From Candidatus Nanopelagicales bacterium (GTDB lineage: Bacteria > Actinomycetota > Actinomycetes > Prado026), in contig DAIRVJ010000003.1 in NCBI GenBank assembly GCA_036802895.1, forward strand, positions 1 to 51,540: a DNA stretch of 51,540 nt. Direction: 5' to 3'. The position numbers and the translations under genes are program-made. The notes under the pieces are model-generated. The model was not told the DNA's origin, ran no database searches, and worked only from the letters and a program-made list of their open reading frames with translations. Shown one piece after another: positions 1-11,282 of this stretch; within the stretch, counting starts at the first letter, position 1, and every line of letters starts with the position of its first letter.

Positions 1-104
1 TGGTCGCCGCGCTGGGCGCCGAGCTGCTGCGCCGGGGCCGTGCGCCGTCCAGGCTGGACCACGCCAGCGACTCCTCGCTCCCGGTGACCACCGTCGTGCG
101 GTGA
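1..104 (+). CDS. 3' end of an unidentified CDS (partial, runs off the left edge)
   Basis: The frame is open from the window edge to TGA at 102-104, with strong G/C third-position bias (gtc gcc gcg ctg ggc gcc gag ctg ...). It is too short to assign a family. Confidence 0.35.
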   Translation, partial: VAALGAELLRRGRAPSRLDHASDSSLPVTTVVR

Positions 105-158
105 CGGCCCGACCACATCCCGTCATTGGCGCCCCGTCCCGGTCGGTCGTGAGCCACC

Positions 159-2021
159 ATGGTGGACATGCCTCGTGCTCCGCTCACTCGCCGCGACGTC
201 CTGAGGGGGGCCGTGGGCGTGGCTGCGCTCGGTGCCGCCGGTGGTGTCGCGCCGTCCGTGCTGCGTCCCGGGACAGCGCGGGCCGCCGGCGTGCCGATCT
301 CGATGGCGATGCACGTCCACGCCTGCTTCAGCGAGGGCATCGGTTCGATGGAGAGCCACCTCGTGCAGGCCGAGGCCACCGGTATCGACGTGCTGTGGTG
401 GTCCGAGCACGACCAGCGGATGTCGGCCTACGGCGCCCGTGCGGCGGTGCACTTCGACGGTCCGGCCGAGACGTCCGAGGGCACGACCTGGAGGTGGGCC
501 GCCTCGACGGTCGGTAGCCTCAGCTCGTCGTCGGTCACCTGGGTGGCGTCTCCGGCGTCCCCGGCCGACCCGGCCGGTGCGGGAGCGGTCCGCCTCCGTG
601 CCGTGGGCGGTGGGACGGGGTTCGGGCAGCGGCGCCTCAACGGCTCGCAGACCGGCACGTTGAGCCGAGGGTCCCTCGCCGGGACGACGATCCAGCTGGA
701 CGTCCGACCGGTGAGCGTCGGCCCGAACGCCTGGATCGGGCTGGTCCTGACGACGTCCCACCGACCGGCGCGCGAGGGCCGTCCCAGTGGGCGGTACCTG
801 CTGACCTACCGGGTGGGTGGCCCCGGCGCGGTGGGCAGCCGGGTGAGCGAGGGTCTCACCGGCGTGGTCACGCTGGCGGCCCCGCTGGACGTCTGGACGA
901 CGCTGACCCTCGACCCGGTCGCTGACCTCGAGGCGATCTGGCCCGGCGTCGACGGACGCGATGCGTCGATGGTCGACGTGGCCGTGGCCGCCGCCAGCCG
1001 CGAGGGCCAGCCGGCCGAGGGGTACCTGGACTACCTGCGGTTCACCCGGACGGGTCGGCTGGGCGACGAGCCGCTCGCGTTGCAGCGGTCGATGATGGCG
1101 CGCTACGCCACCCAGTTCCCGGGCGTCGTGCAGCAGCAGGGCCTGGAGGTCTCGACGCTGCGCGAGCACCTGGGCTGGTACGGCGGGGCGCTCTCGCTGC
1201 CGGCGGTGACGGCGCCGCCGGGCAAGAAGAACACCTCGGCGGCGGCCTTCCGAGCCCAGGCCGAGGCGATCCGCGCCGCCGGCGGTGCGGCGTCCTTCAA
1301 CCATCCGTTCGGTACCTCGACCGCGGTCAGGTCCTCCGCCGCCCAGGAGGCGGCCCGCCGGGCCATGGCCACCGAGCTGATCACCCAGCGGGCCTACGGC
1401 TGCGACCTGCTGGAGGTCGGCTACCCGGTGCGCGGCGGAGTCGACCTGGCCCGGCACCTCGCCCTGTGGGACGCGCTGTCGCGCAACGCGGTGTTCGTCA
1501 GCGGGACGGGCGTCTCGGACGACCACTCCGGGACCGACTGGCTGGGTCAGCGGCTGAACTTCTGGACCTGGGTCTGGGCGACGTCGACGGCCACGGGGGC
1601 GCTGGTCGACGCGCTGCGCGCCGGCCGGGCGTACTGCGGCAACCCGAAGGCGTTCCGCGGCGAGCTCGACCTGATCGTCGACGGCACGGTGCTGATGGGC
1701 CAGGCCGACGTCGCTGACGTGCCCACCAGGCAGCTCAGGATCGCGGCGACCGACGTGCCTGCGGGTGGTCGGGTCGACGTCGTCAGGGGGTTGGTCGACC
1801 TGGCGGGCCCGACCGTCCCCGACCCCGTTGTCGTCCGGACGTCGCTCCCGGCGTCGGCGTTCGCCGCAGGCAGCGCGGACGTGGCGATCGACACCACCGC
1901 ATCGAGGTTCGTGCGGGTCGAGGTCCGCACGTCGACGGGGTCGATCGTCGCGCTGTCGAACCCGGTGTGGCTGCTGCGATCGGCCCCGCCGCTCGGCATA
2001 CCGGCCGTCCGCCGCCGGTAG
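159..2021 (+). CDS. Tat-signal secreted PHP-domain (CehA/McbA-like) metallohydrolase, function unknown
   Basis: 620-aa ORF. The N-terminus LTRRDVLRGAVGVAALGAAG resembles a twin-arginine signal. PHP-type metal motifs are present: MHVHACFSEG (HxH), WWSEHD, FNHPFG and DDHSG. An alternative ATG lies at 168. Confidence 0.7.
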   Translation: MVDMPRAPLTRRDVLRGAVGVAALGAAGGVAPSVLRPGTARAAGVPISMAMHVHACFSEGIGSMESHLVQAEATGIDVLWWSEHDQRMSAYGARAAVHFDGPAETSEGTTWRWAASTVGSLSSSSVTWVASPASPADPAGAGAVRLRAVGGGTGFGQRRLNGSQTGTLSRGSLAGTTIQLDVRPVSVGPNAWIGLVLTTSHRPAREGRPSGRYLLTYRVGGPGAVGSRVSEGLTGVVTLAAPLDVWTTLTLDPVADLEAIWPGVDGRDASMVDVAVAAASREGQPAEGYLDYLRFTRTGRLGDEPLALQRSMMARYATQFPGVVQQQGLEVSTLREHLGWYGGALSLPAVTAPPGKKNTSAAAFRAQAEAIRAAGGAASFNHPFGTSTAVRSSAAQEAARRAMATELITQRAYGCDLLEVGYPVRGGVDLARHLALWDALSRNAVFVSGTGVSDDHSGTDWLGQRLNFWTWVWATSTATGALVDALRAGRAYCGNPKAFRGELDLIVDGTVLMGQADVADVPTRQLRIAATDVPAGGRVDVVRGLVDLAGPTVPDPVVVRTSLPASAFAAGSADVAIDTTASRFVRVEVRTSTGSIVALSNPVWLLRSAPPLGIPAVRRR

Positions 2022-2025
2022 GGCA

Positions 2026-3234
2026 TCAGGGAGCCGGGCGGGTGAGCAGGGCCACCGGAGCCTGCCCGACGCGGGTCAGCACGACGGTCACCGGCGGCCC
2101 CGCGCCTCCCGTCGGCAGCCGCCTCCGCAGCTGCTCCACGTCGACGGCGCTGCCCCGCTTCTTGACGACGACGTCGGCCGGGTCCCGGTCGCGCAAGGCG
2201 GCGCGTAGCCGCGCGAGGGAGAAGGCCAGCACCTCGTCGACGACGTAGCGGGTCGTGAAGGGCGAACGGCGGTCGACGTCGGTGGTGACGTAGGCGATCC
2301 GGGGGTCGAGCAGCCGGCCGTCCAGGGCGGCGGCGACCTCGGCGACCAGTCCGGCCCGCACGACGGCGCCGTCCGGCTCGTGCAGGTAGCGGCCCGCCGG
2401 CCCGACCGTGGGCAGGCCCAGGGCCGGGTCGTCGACCAGGGTGTGCCCCCCAGGGAGCAGTGTCGCCCGGCGGTGGACCCCTTGGCCGGCCAGGGCGCCG
2501 TGCCAGAGGACCGCCTCCTTGACCTCACCGCGGTCGGACACCCACTCGGCCTCCGCCTCGACGGCCATGAGCCCGTGCGGGATCCCCGGCGCCACCTTCA
2601 CCGCGGTGGCCGGCACCCGAGCCACCAGCTCCGCGACGAAGGAGAACGGCGGGGAGTAGCTGCGCGGGTCGAAGGTGCGCCGGCCGGTGGCCGTGCGCCG
2701 GGCGGGGTCCAGGAAGGCGGCGGCGACCCCCTCGAGGGACGTCGTGGTGACGTCGTCGACCCGGACCCGGACCCGGTCGGCCACCCCGAGCGCCTCGGCG
2801 TTCGCCTGGGCGAGCGCGGCGGTCACCGGGTCGCGCTCGACGCCGAGCACCCGCAGGCCGGCGCGGGCGAGGGCGACCAGGTCGGCGCCCACGCCACAGC
2901 ACAGGTCGGCGACCAGCTCGCCGCCGTGGGCCTGGAAGCGCCGCGCCCGATGGGCGGCCACGCTGGCCCTGGTGGCCTGCTCCAGCCCCGGCGGCGTCCA
3001 GAGCATGCGGTCGGCATCCGGGCCGAACCGCTCCCGGGCCCGCGCCCTCAGCCGGGCCTGGGTCAGCGCGGCCGCCGCCAGGGCGTGGTCGTCGCCGCCG
3101 GGGGCGTCGCGCATCCGTTGCGCGGCGACCAGCGGGTCGGCACCGGCGGCCACCAGCGCGGCGGCCCGGGAGACCAGCGCGCGTCCCTCGGGGGCGCGCA
3201 GCCGCGCCAACAGGTCGAGGTCCACGGGGGGCAT
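2026..3234 (-). CDS. Class I SAM-dependent methyltransferase (THUMP-like C-terminal region)
   Basis: SAM-binding motif LVADLCCGVGADLVALARAGLRVLGVERD. The ORF track starts at 3261, but that start would overlap the groES CIRCE/promoter, so the ATG at 3234 (MPPVDLDLLARL) is preferred. Confidence 0.72.
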   Translation of the reverse strand: MPPVDLDLLARLRAPEGRALVSRAAALVAAGADPLVAAQRMRDAPGGDDHALAAAALTQARLRARARERFGPDADRMLWTPPGLEQATRASVAAHRARRFQAHGGELVADLCCGVGADLVALARAGLRVLGVERDPVTAALAQANAEALGVADRVRVRVDDVTTTSLEGVAAAFLDPARRTATGRRTFDPRSYSPPFSFVAELVARVPATAVKVAPGIPHGLMAVEAEAEWVSDRGEVKEAVLWHGALAGQGVHRRATLLPGGHTLVDDPALGLPTVGPAGRYLHEPDGAVVRAGLVAEVAAALDGRLLDPRIAYVTTDVDRRSPFTTRYVVDEVLAFSLARLRAALRDRDPADVVVKKRGSAVDVEQLRRRLPTGGAGPPVTVVLTRVGQAPVALLTRPAP

Positions 3235-3254
3235 CCTCGTGCACCTCGGCCGAC

Positions 3255-3281
3255 CTGGCACTCGGGTTGACGGAGTGCTAA
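3255..3281. promoter_or_regulatory. CIRCE element 1 (HrcA operator)
   Basis: CTGGCACTC-N9-GAGTGCTAA, compared with the consensus TTAGCACTC-N9-GAGTGCTAA. It lies directly upstream of groES. Confidence 0.8.
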
Positions 3282-3295
3282 CGGCTGCCTAGGGT
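3267..3295 (+). promoter_or_regulatory. Candidate groES promoter (-35 TTGACG, 17-nt spacer, -10 TAGGGT)
   Basis: TTGACG at 3267-3272 and TAGGGT (TANNNT) at 3290-3295. The promoter is embedded in or flanked by the two CIRCE elements. Confidence 0.55.
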
Positions 3296-3300
3296 GGGCG

Positions 3301-3327
3301 TTGGCACTCTCCACCCGAGTGTGCCAG
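3301..3327. promoter_or_regulatory. CIRCE element 2 (imperfect)
   Basis: TTGGCACTC-N9-GTGTGCCAG. The right arm matches 7 of 9 positions of the reverse complement of the left arm. It lies just downstream of the candidate -10. Confidence 0.6.
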
Positions 3328-3406
3328 CACGTGACCGGGATCTGACCCCGCGACGGCAGGCTCCGGTCGACCCATCAGCGACCCACCGTCGGAAGGTCTA
3401 AGAACC

Positions 3407-3700
3407 GTGTCGGTCTCCATCAAGCCGCTCGAGGATCGCATCCTCGTCAAGCCGCTCGACGCCGAGCAGACCACGGCGTCCGGCCTGGTCATCCCGGACA
3501 CCGCCAAGGAGAAGCCCCAGGAGGGCGAGGTCATGGCGGTCGGCCCCGGTCGCTTCGAGGACGGCCAGCGGCTGCCGCTCGACGTCACCGTGGGCGACAA
3601 GGTCATCTACAGCAAGTACGGCGGCACCGAGGTCAAGTACGACGGCGAGGAGTACCTGATCCTCTCCGCGCGCGACGTGCTCGCCGTCCTCGTCAAGTAG
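3407..3700 (+). CDS. groES: Co-chaperonin GroES
   Basis: 97 aa, with a GTG start. [48 protein letters not shown] is a canonical Cpn10 sequence. Confidence 0.97.
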   Translation: MSVSIKPLEDRILVKPLDAEQTTASGLVIPDTAKEKPQEGEVMAVGPGRFEDGQRLPLDVTVGDKVIYSKYGGTEVKYDGEEYLILSARDVLAVLVK

Positions 3701-5422
<1,722 letters not shown>

Positions 5423-5454
5423 CGCAGGGGCGGGGGCTGGGGGCGCGTCGACCG

Positions 5455-5754
5455 TCAGGACGCCGCGACGGCCATCCGCCGGTGGCCGGCCAGCACGGCC
5501 TCCCGGTCGTCCTCGGTCAGACCGCCCCAGACGCCGTACGGCTCCCGCACGGCCAGCGCGTGCCGGGCGCACTCCCGCAGCACCGGGCAGCGGGCGCAGA
5601 CGGCCTTGGCCGCCATCTCGCGGGCGATCCGCACCGGCCCGCGCTCACCCTCGGGGTGGAAGAACAGGTCCGGGTTCTCGTCGCGGCAGGCCGCGGCGAG
5701 CTGCCAGTCCCACAGGTCGGCGTTGGGCCCAGGGAGTCGGGAGATGTCGGCCAT
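5455..5754 (-). CDS. whiD: WhiB-family Fe-S transcription factor, WhiB3/WhiD orthologue
   Basis: 99 aa. LPGPNADLWDWQLAAACR...VCARCPVLRECARHAL...PYGVWGG gives the four-Cys WhiB signature. The N-terminus and the position beside groEL1 match WhiB3/WhiD. Confidence 0.9.
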   Translation of the reverse strand: MADISRLPGPNADLWDWQLAAACRDENPDLFFHPEGERGPVRIAREMAAKAVCARCPVLRECARHALAVREPYGVWGGLTEDDREAVLAGHRRMAVAAS

Positions 5755-5917
5755 GACGGGTGCTCCGGTGATGAGGGGTCCTGAGGTGCAGCGGTCGAGC
5801 GGGAACGAGACCTACCGTACAACCGCGCCATAAGTTGGTCAACTGTCTCCCGGAGGAGGTTCGGATGGCTGACCCGAGGCGCCCGCCGAGTGGCCGACCG
5901 CCCCTGGGCGCCGGACA

Positions 5918-6898
5918 ATGTCGGACATGCCGCCGACAGGTGCCTCCGGAGCGGCCGGCGCGGACGCGCCGGACGGGCCGGACCCCGACGAGCCCGCCGG
6001 GCTCACCGTCGCCTCGGTCGCCCGACGGCTCGGCGTGGCCCCGGCGACCCTGCGGACCTGGGACCGGCGCTACGGCCTGGGCCCGAGCCGGCGCACGACG
6101 GGATCGCACCGCCGGTACGGACCCGAGGACATGTCCCGCCTGGGCGTCATGCACCGGCTGATCCGCGACGGCGTCCCGGCCGGGGAGGCGGCCCGAGCAG
6201 CCCTGGCCGCGGCCGCCGCCGCTCCGGAGGCCTCCGCCGGAGGCCCCACGGGGCGCCGGGGCGGCGGACGGGTGGTGGCCCTTCCGCACGCCTCGGCTGC
6301 GGCGAAGGGCCTCGCCCGCGCCGCGATGGCGCTGGACGGTCCGTCGGTGACCCGAGCGGTGGCTGAGGCCGTGGAGCGCCACGGCGTCGTCGCCACCTGG
6401 GACGACCTGCTGGTCCCGGTGCTGGCCGGGATCGGCAGCCGGTGGGCGCGCACGGGGGAGGGCGTCGAGGTCGAGCACCTGGTGGCGGAGAGCGTCTCGG
6501 CGGTCTTGGGTATGCGCGCCGCCCGGCTGGTCAGCCCGGTCAACCGCCGACCGGTGCTGCTGGCCTCGGCCGAGGGCGAGATGCACGCGCTGCCCCTGCA
6601 CGCCGTGGCCGCGGGGCTCGCCGAGCGCGGCGTCGGCGCCCGCGTGCTGGGGGCGCGGGTACCGCTCGACGCGCTGCGGGCGGCCGTGGTCCGCACCGGT
6701 CCGGCGGCGGTGTTCGTCTGGTCGCAGGTCCCCGCGACGGGCAGCCCTGGCCGGCTGGCCGCCCTGCCCGACCAGCGACCGTCCGTCGAGGTCGTCGTCG
6801 GCGGACCCGGCTGGCAGGAACCCCTGCCGGCCGGGGTGTCTCGGGCCCACTCGCTGGCCGACGCGGTCGACCGGCTGGTCGCCGCCACCGGAGGCTGA
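5918..6898 (+). CDS. MerR-family regulator with C-terminal CarH/LitR-like cobalamin-binding module
   Basis: HTH LTVASVARRLGVAPATLRTWDRRYGL. The C-terminal part has GSRW(176)ARTGEGVEVE(186)H(187)LV and AEGEMH(223)ALPL followed by a Rossmann-like region. A second in-frame ATG lies at 5927. Confidence 0.8.
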   Translation: MSDMPPTGASGAAGADAPDGPDPDEPAGLTVASVARRLGVAPATLRTWDRRYGLGPSRRTTGSHRRYGPEDMSRLGVMHRLIRDGVPAGEAARAALAAAAAAPEASAGGPTGRRGGGRVVALPHASAAAKGLARAAMALDGPSVTRAVAEAVERHGVVATWDDLLVPVLAGIGSRWARTGEGVEVEHLVAESVSAVLGMRAARLVSPVNRRPVLLASAEGEMHALPLHAVAAGLAERGVGARVLGARVPLDALRAAVVRTGPAAVFVWSQVPATGSPGRLAALPDQRPSVEVVVGGPGWQEPLPAGVSRAHSLADAVDRLVAATGG

Positions 6899-6939
6899 CG
6901 CTCCGATAGCCTCGCCGCGTCCGGACGCGAGGAGGGCTC

Positions 6940-7848
6940 GTGAGCGACGACCTGGCCGGCCTGCTGGCCGCCGGCGAGCGCGCGGCCTTCCACGGCCGCC
7001 CCGCCGCCGGCATCGGGCCCTTCCGCACGGCGGTCGACCAGGCGGTCGAGACCGGTCGACCCGACGAGGCCAGCGCCGCGACCTGGCTCCTCGGCGTCAG
7101 CCTGGGGGCGTGCGGCCGCTACGGCCAGGCGCTGGCGGTGCTGGACCCGCTGGCTGACGGCGACCATGCCGGCGTCGCCGCGCGGCGGCTGTTCGCGTCC
7201 CTCGCCGCGTCCACCGGCGCCAGCGTGCACCGACAGCTGGGCCGCCACGAGGCCGCTCGGCTCCTCGACCGCCGGGCGCTGGAGATCGAGCCCGAGGCGG
7301 CCGAGGCGGTGTTCGACGCGCGGCTCGGCCTGGCCGCCGATGCGGTCGGCCTGGCGGACCTCGACACCGCCCGCGCGGAGGCCGAGGTCGCCGCCGCACT
7401 CGTCGACAGCCATCCCGACTGGTGGCGGCAGCGGGTCCGCCTGGGCTGGGTCCGCGCCGAGGTCGCCCTGCTCGCCGGCGACCCCGCCGAGGCCGAGCGG
7501 ACGGGGGACGGGGCGGTCGCGCTCGCCGAGTCCTCCGGTGCGCCGCGCCACGTCGCCAAGGGTCTGCTGTTCGTCGGGGTGGCCCAGATCGAGCAGGGTC
7601 GATCGGCGGAGGCGGCGGCCACCCTGCGCCGGTCGGCCACGCTGGCCGACAGTCTCGGCTGCGTCCCGCTCGTGTGGCCGTCGCGGGCGGTCCTCGGCGC
7701 CCTGCTGCAGGAGGCCCACCCGGAGGAGAGCGCACGCAACCTGGCGGCGGCCCGGACGGCGGTGCTCGCGATCGCCCAGGACCTGCCCGAGGACCTGCGC
7801 GAAGGCTGGCTGCGCCGGCCTGACATCGTCGCCCTGCTGGAGGGCTGA
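6940..7848 (+). CDS. Hypothetical all-alpha (TPR-like) protein
   Basis: 302-aa Ala/Leu/Arg/Glu-rich ORF with good GC3 bias, a GAGGAGGG RBS upstream and a GTG start. I recognise no catalytic motif. Confidence 0.6.
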   Translation: MSDDLAGLLAAGERAAFHGRPAAGIGPFRTAVDQAVETGRPDEASAATWLLGVSLGACGRYGQALAVLDPLADGDHAGVAARRLFASLAASTGASVHRQLGRHEAARLLDRRALEIEPEAAEAVFDARLGLAADAVGLADLDTARAEAEVAAALVDSHPDWWRQRVRLGWVRAEVALLAGDPAEAERTGDGAVALAESSGAPRHVAKGLLFVGVAQIEQGRSAEAAATLRRSATLADSLGCVPLVWPSRAVLGALLQEAHPEESARNLAAARTAVLAIAQDLPEDLREGWLRRPDIVALLEG

Positions 7849-7913
7849 ACGCGGCCCAGGTTCGCCTGGATTCGTCGCTCACGTCCGGCGGAGTTCCTGC
7901 CGATGAACGCTGC

Positions 7914-10053
<2,140 letters not shown>

Positions 10054-10074
10054 GACCGTCGCCGGGCTGGCAGG

Positions 10075-11205
10075 ATGGCGGCCATGGCGGAGATCGAGAT
10101 CGGTCGGGGCAAGCGCGGACGCGAGGCGTTCGCCTTCGACGACGTGGCGATCGTGCCGAGCCGCCGCACCCGCGACCCCGAGGACGTGTCGATCGCCTGG
10201 CAGATCGACGCCTACCGGCTGGAGCTGCCGCTGCTCGCGGCGCCGATGGACTCGGTGGTCTCACCCGCGACCGCGATCGCCATCGGTCGGCTGGGTGGGG
10301 TCGGGGTGCTGAACCTCGAGGGTCTGTGGAGCCGCTACGAGGACCCGGAGCCGCTGCTCGCCGAGATCGCCGGCGTCTCCGAGGAGGAGGCCACCGGGCG
10401 GATGCAGCAGCTGTACGCGGAGCCGATCCGGCCGGAGCTGATGGCCGACCGGATCCGCCAGGTGCGCGACGCCGGGGTGATCGTGGCCGCGGCGCTGTCC
10501 CCCGGCAGGACGGCCCGCTACGTCTCGACGGTGGTCGAGGCGGGGGTGGACCTGTTCGTCATCCGGGGCACCACCGTCTCGGCCGAGCACGTCTCCGGCC
10601 AGGCCGAGCCGCTGAACCTCAAGCGTTTCATCTACGAGCTCGACGTCCCCGTCGTCGTCGGCGGCGTGGCGACCTACACGGCGGCCCTGCACCTGATGCG
10701 CACGGGGGCAGCCGGGGTGCTGGTCGGCTTCGGCGGCGGCGCGGCGCACACCACCCGCGCCGTGCTGGGCGTGTCGGTGCCCATGGCGACTGCGGTGGCC
10801 GACGTGGCGGCCGCCCGCCGCGACTACCTGGACGAGTCCGGCGGCCGATACGTCCACGTGATCGCCGACGGGGGGGTCGGGCGGTCCGGCGACATCGCCA
10901 AGGCGATCGCCTGCGGCGCGGACGCGGTGATGATGGGCTCCCCGCTGGCCCGGGCCAGCGACGCGCCGGGCCGGGGGTGGCACTGGGGCTCGGAGGCCCA
11001 CCACGGCCAGCTCCCGCGCGGCGAGCGGGTGCGGGTGGGCAGCGTCGGCACCCTCGAGGAGATCCTGCTGGGACCCTCGCGGGTCCCGGACGGGACGATG
11101 AACCTGTTCGGGGCGCTGCGCCGGGCGATGGCGACCACCGGGTACTCCGAGCTCAAGGAGTTCCAGCGGGTCGAGGTGACGGTGCTGCCCACGGCCCGGC
11201 CCTAG
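10075..11205 (+). CDS. guaB3: GuaB3-family IMP-dehydrogenase-related protein
   Basis: EIEIGRGKRGREAFAFDDVAIVPSRRTRDPEDV, lacking the CBS insert and directly downstream of guaB. An alternative ATG lies at 10084. Confidence 0.88.
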   Translation: MAAMAEIEIGRGKRGREAFAFDDVAIVPSRRTRDPEDVSIAWQIDAYRLELPLLAAPMDSVVSPATAIAIGRLGGVGVLNLEGLWSRYEDPEPLLAEIAGVSEEEATGRMQQLYAEPIRPELMADRIRQVRDAGVIVAAALSPGRTARYVSTVVEAGVDLFVIRGTTVSAEHVSGQAEPLNLKRFIYELDVPVVVGGVATYTAALHLMRTGAAGVLVGFGGGAAHTTRAVLGVSVPMATAVADVAAARRDYLDESGGRYVHVIADGGVGRSGDIAKAIACGADAVMMGSPLARASDAPGRGWHWGSEAHHGQLPRGERVRVGSVGTLEEILLGPSRVPDGTMNLFGALRRAMATTGYSELKEFQRVEVTVLPTARP

Positions 11206-11282
11206 CCCCGGCCCGCCTGTCCGGTCGGCTGGTCGGGACACTCGACCCTACCCGCCGGTAACAACGGCACTACCCTGGCGGC

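Noticed and set aside
123-1526. Long antisense or alternative-frame ORFs across the window, for example 123-1526(-), 5645-6850(-), 6070-7719(-), 8431-10008(-), 10261-11241(-), 12674-14602(-), 15358-17103(+), 16377-18203(+), 25378-27690(+), 27638-29965(-), 30547-32298(-), 37183-38982(-), 41583-42935(-), 46209-47861(+) and 48353-49831(-)
   Set aside because: Each overlaps a confidently identified gene in another frame or strand and translates to Arg/Pro/Gly/Asp-rich sequence without recognisable motifs.
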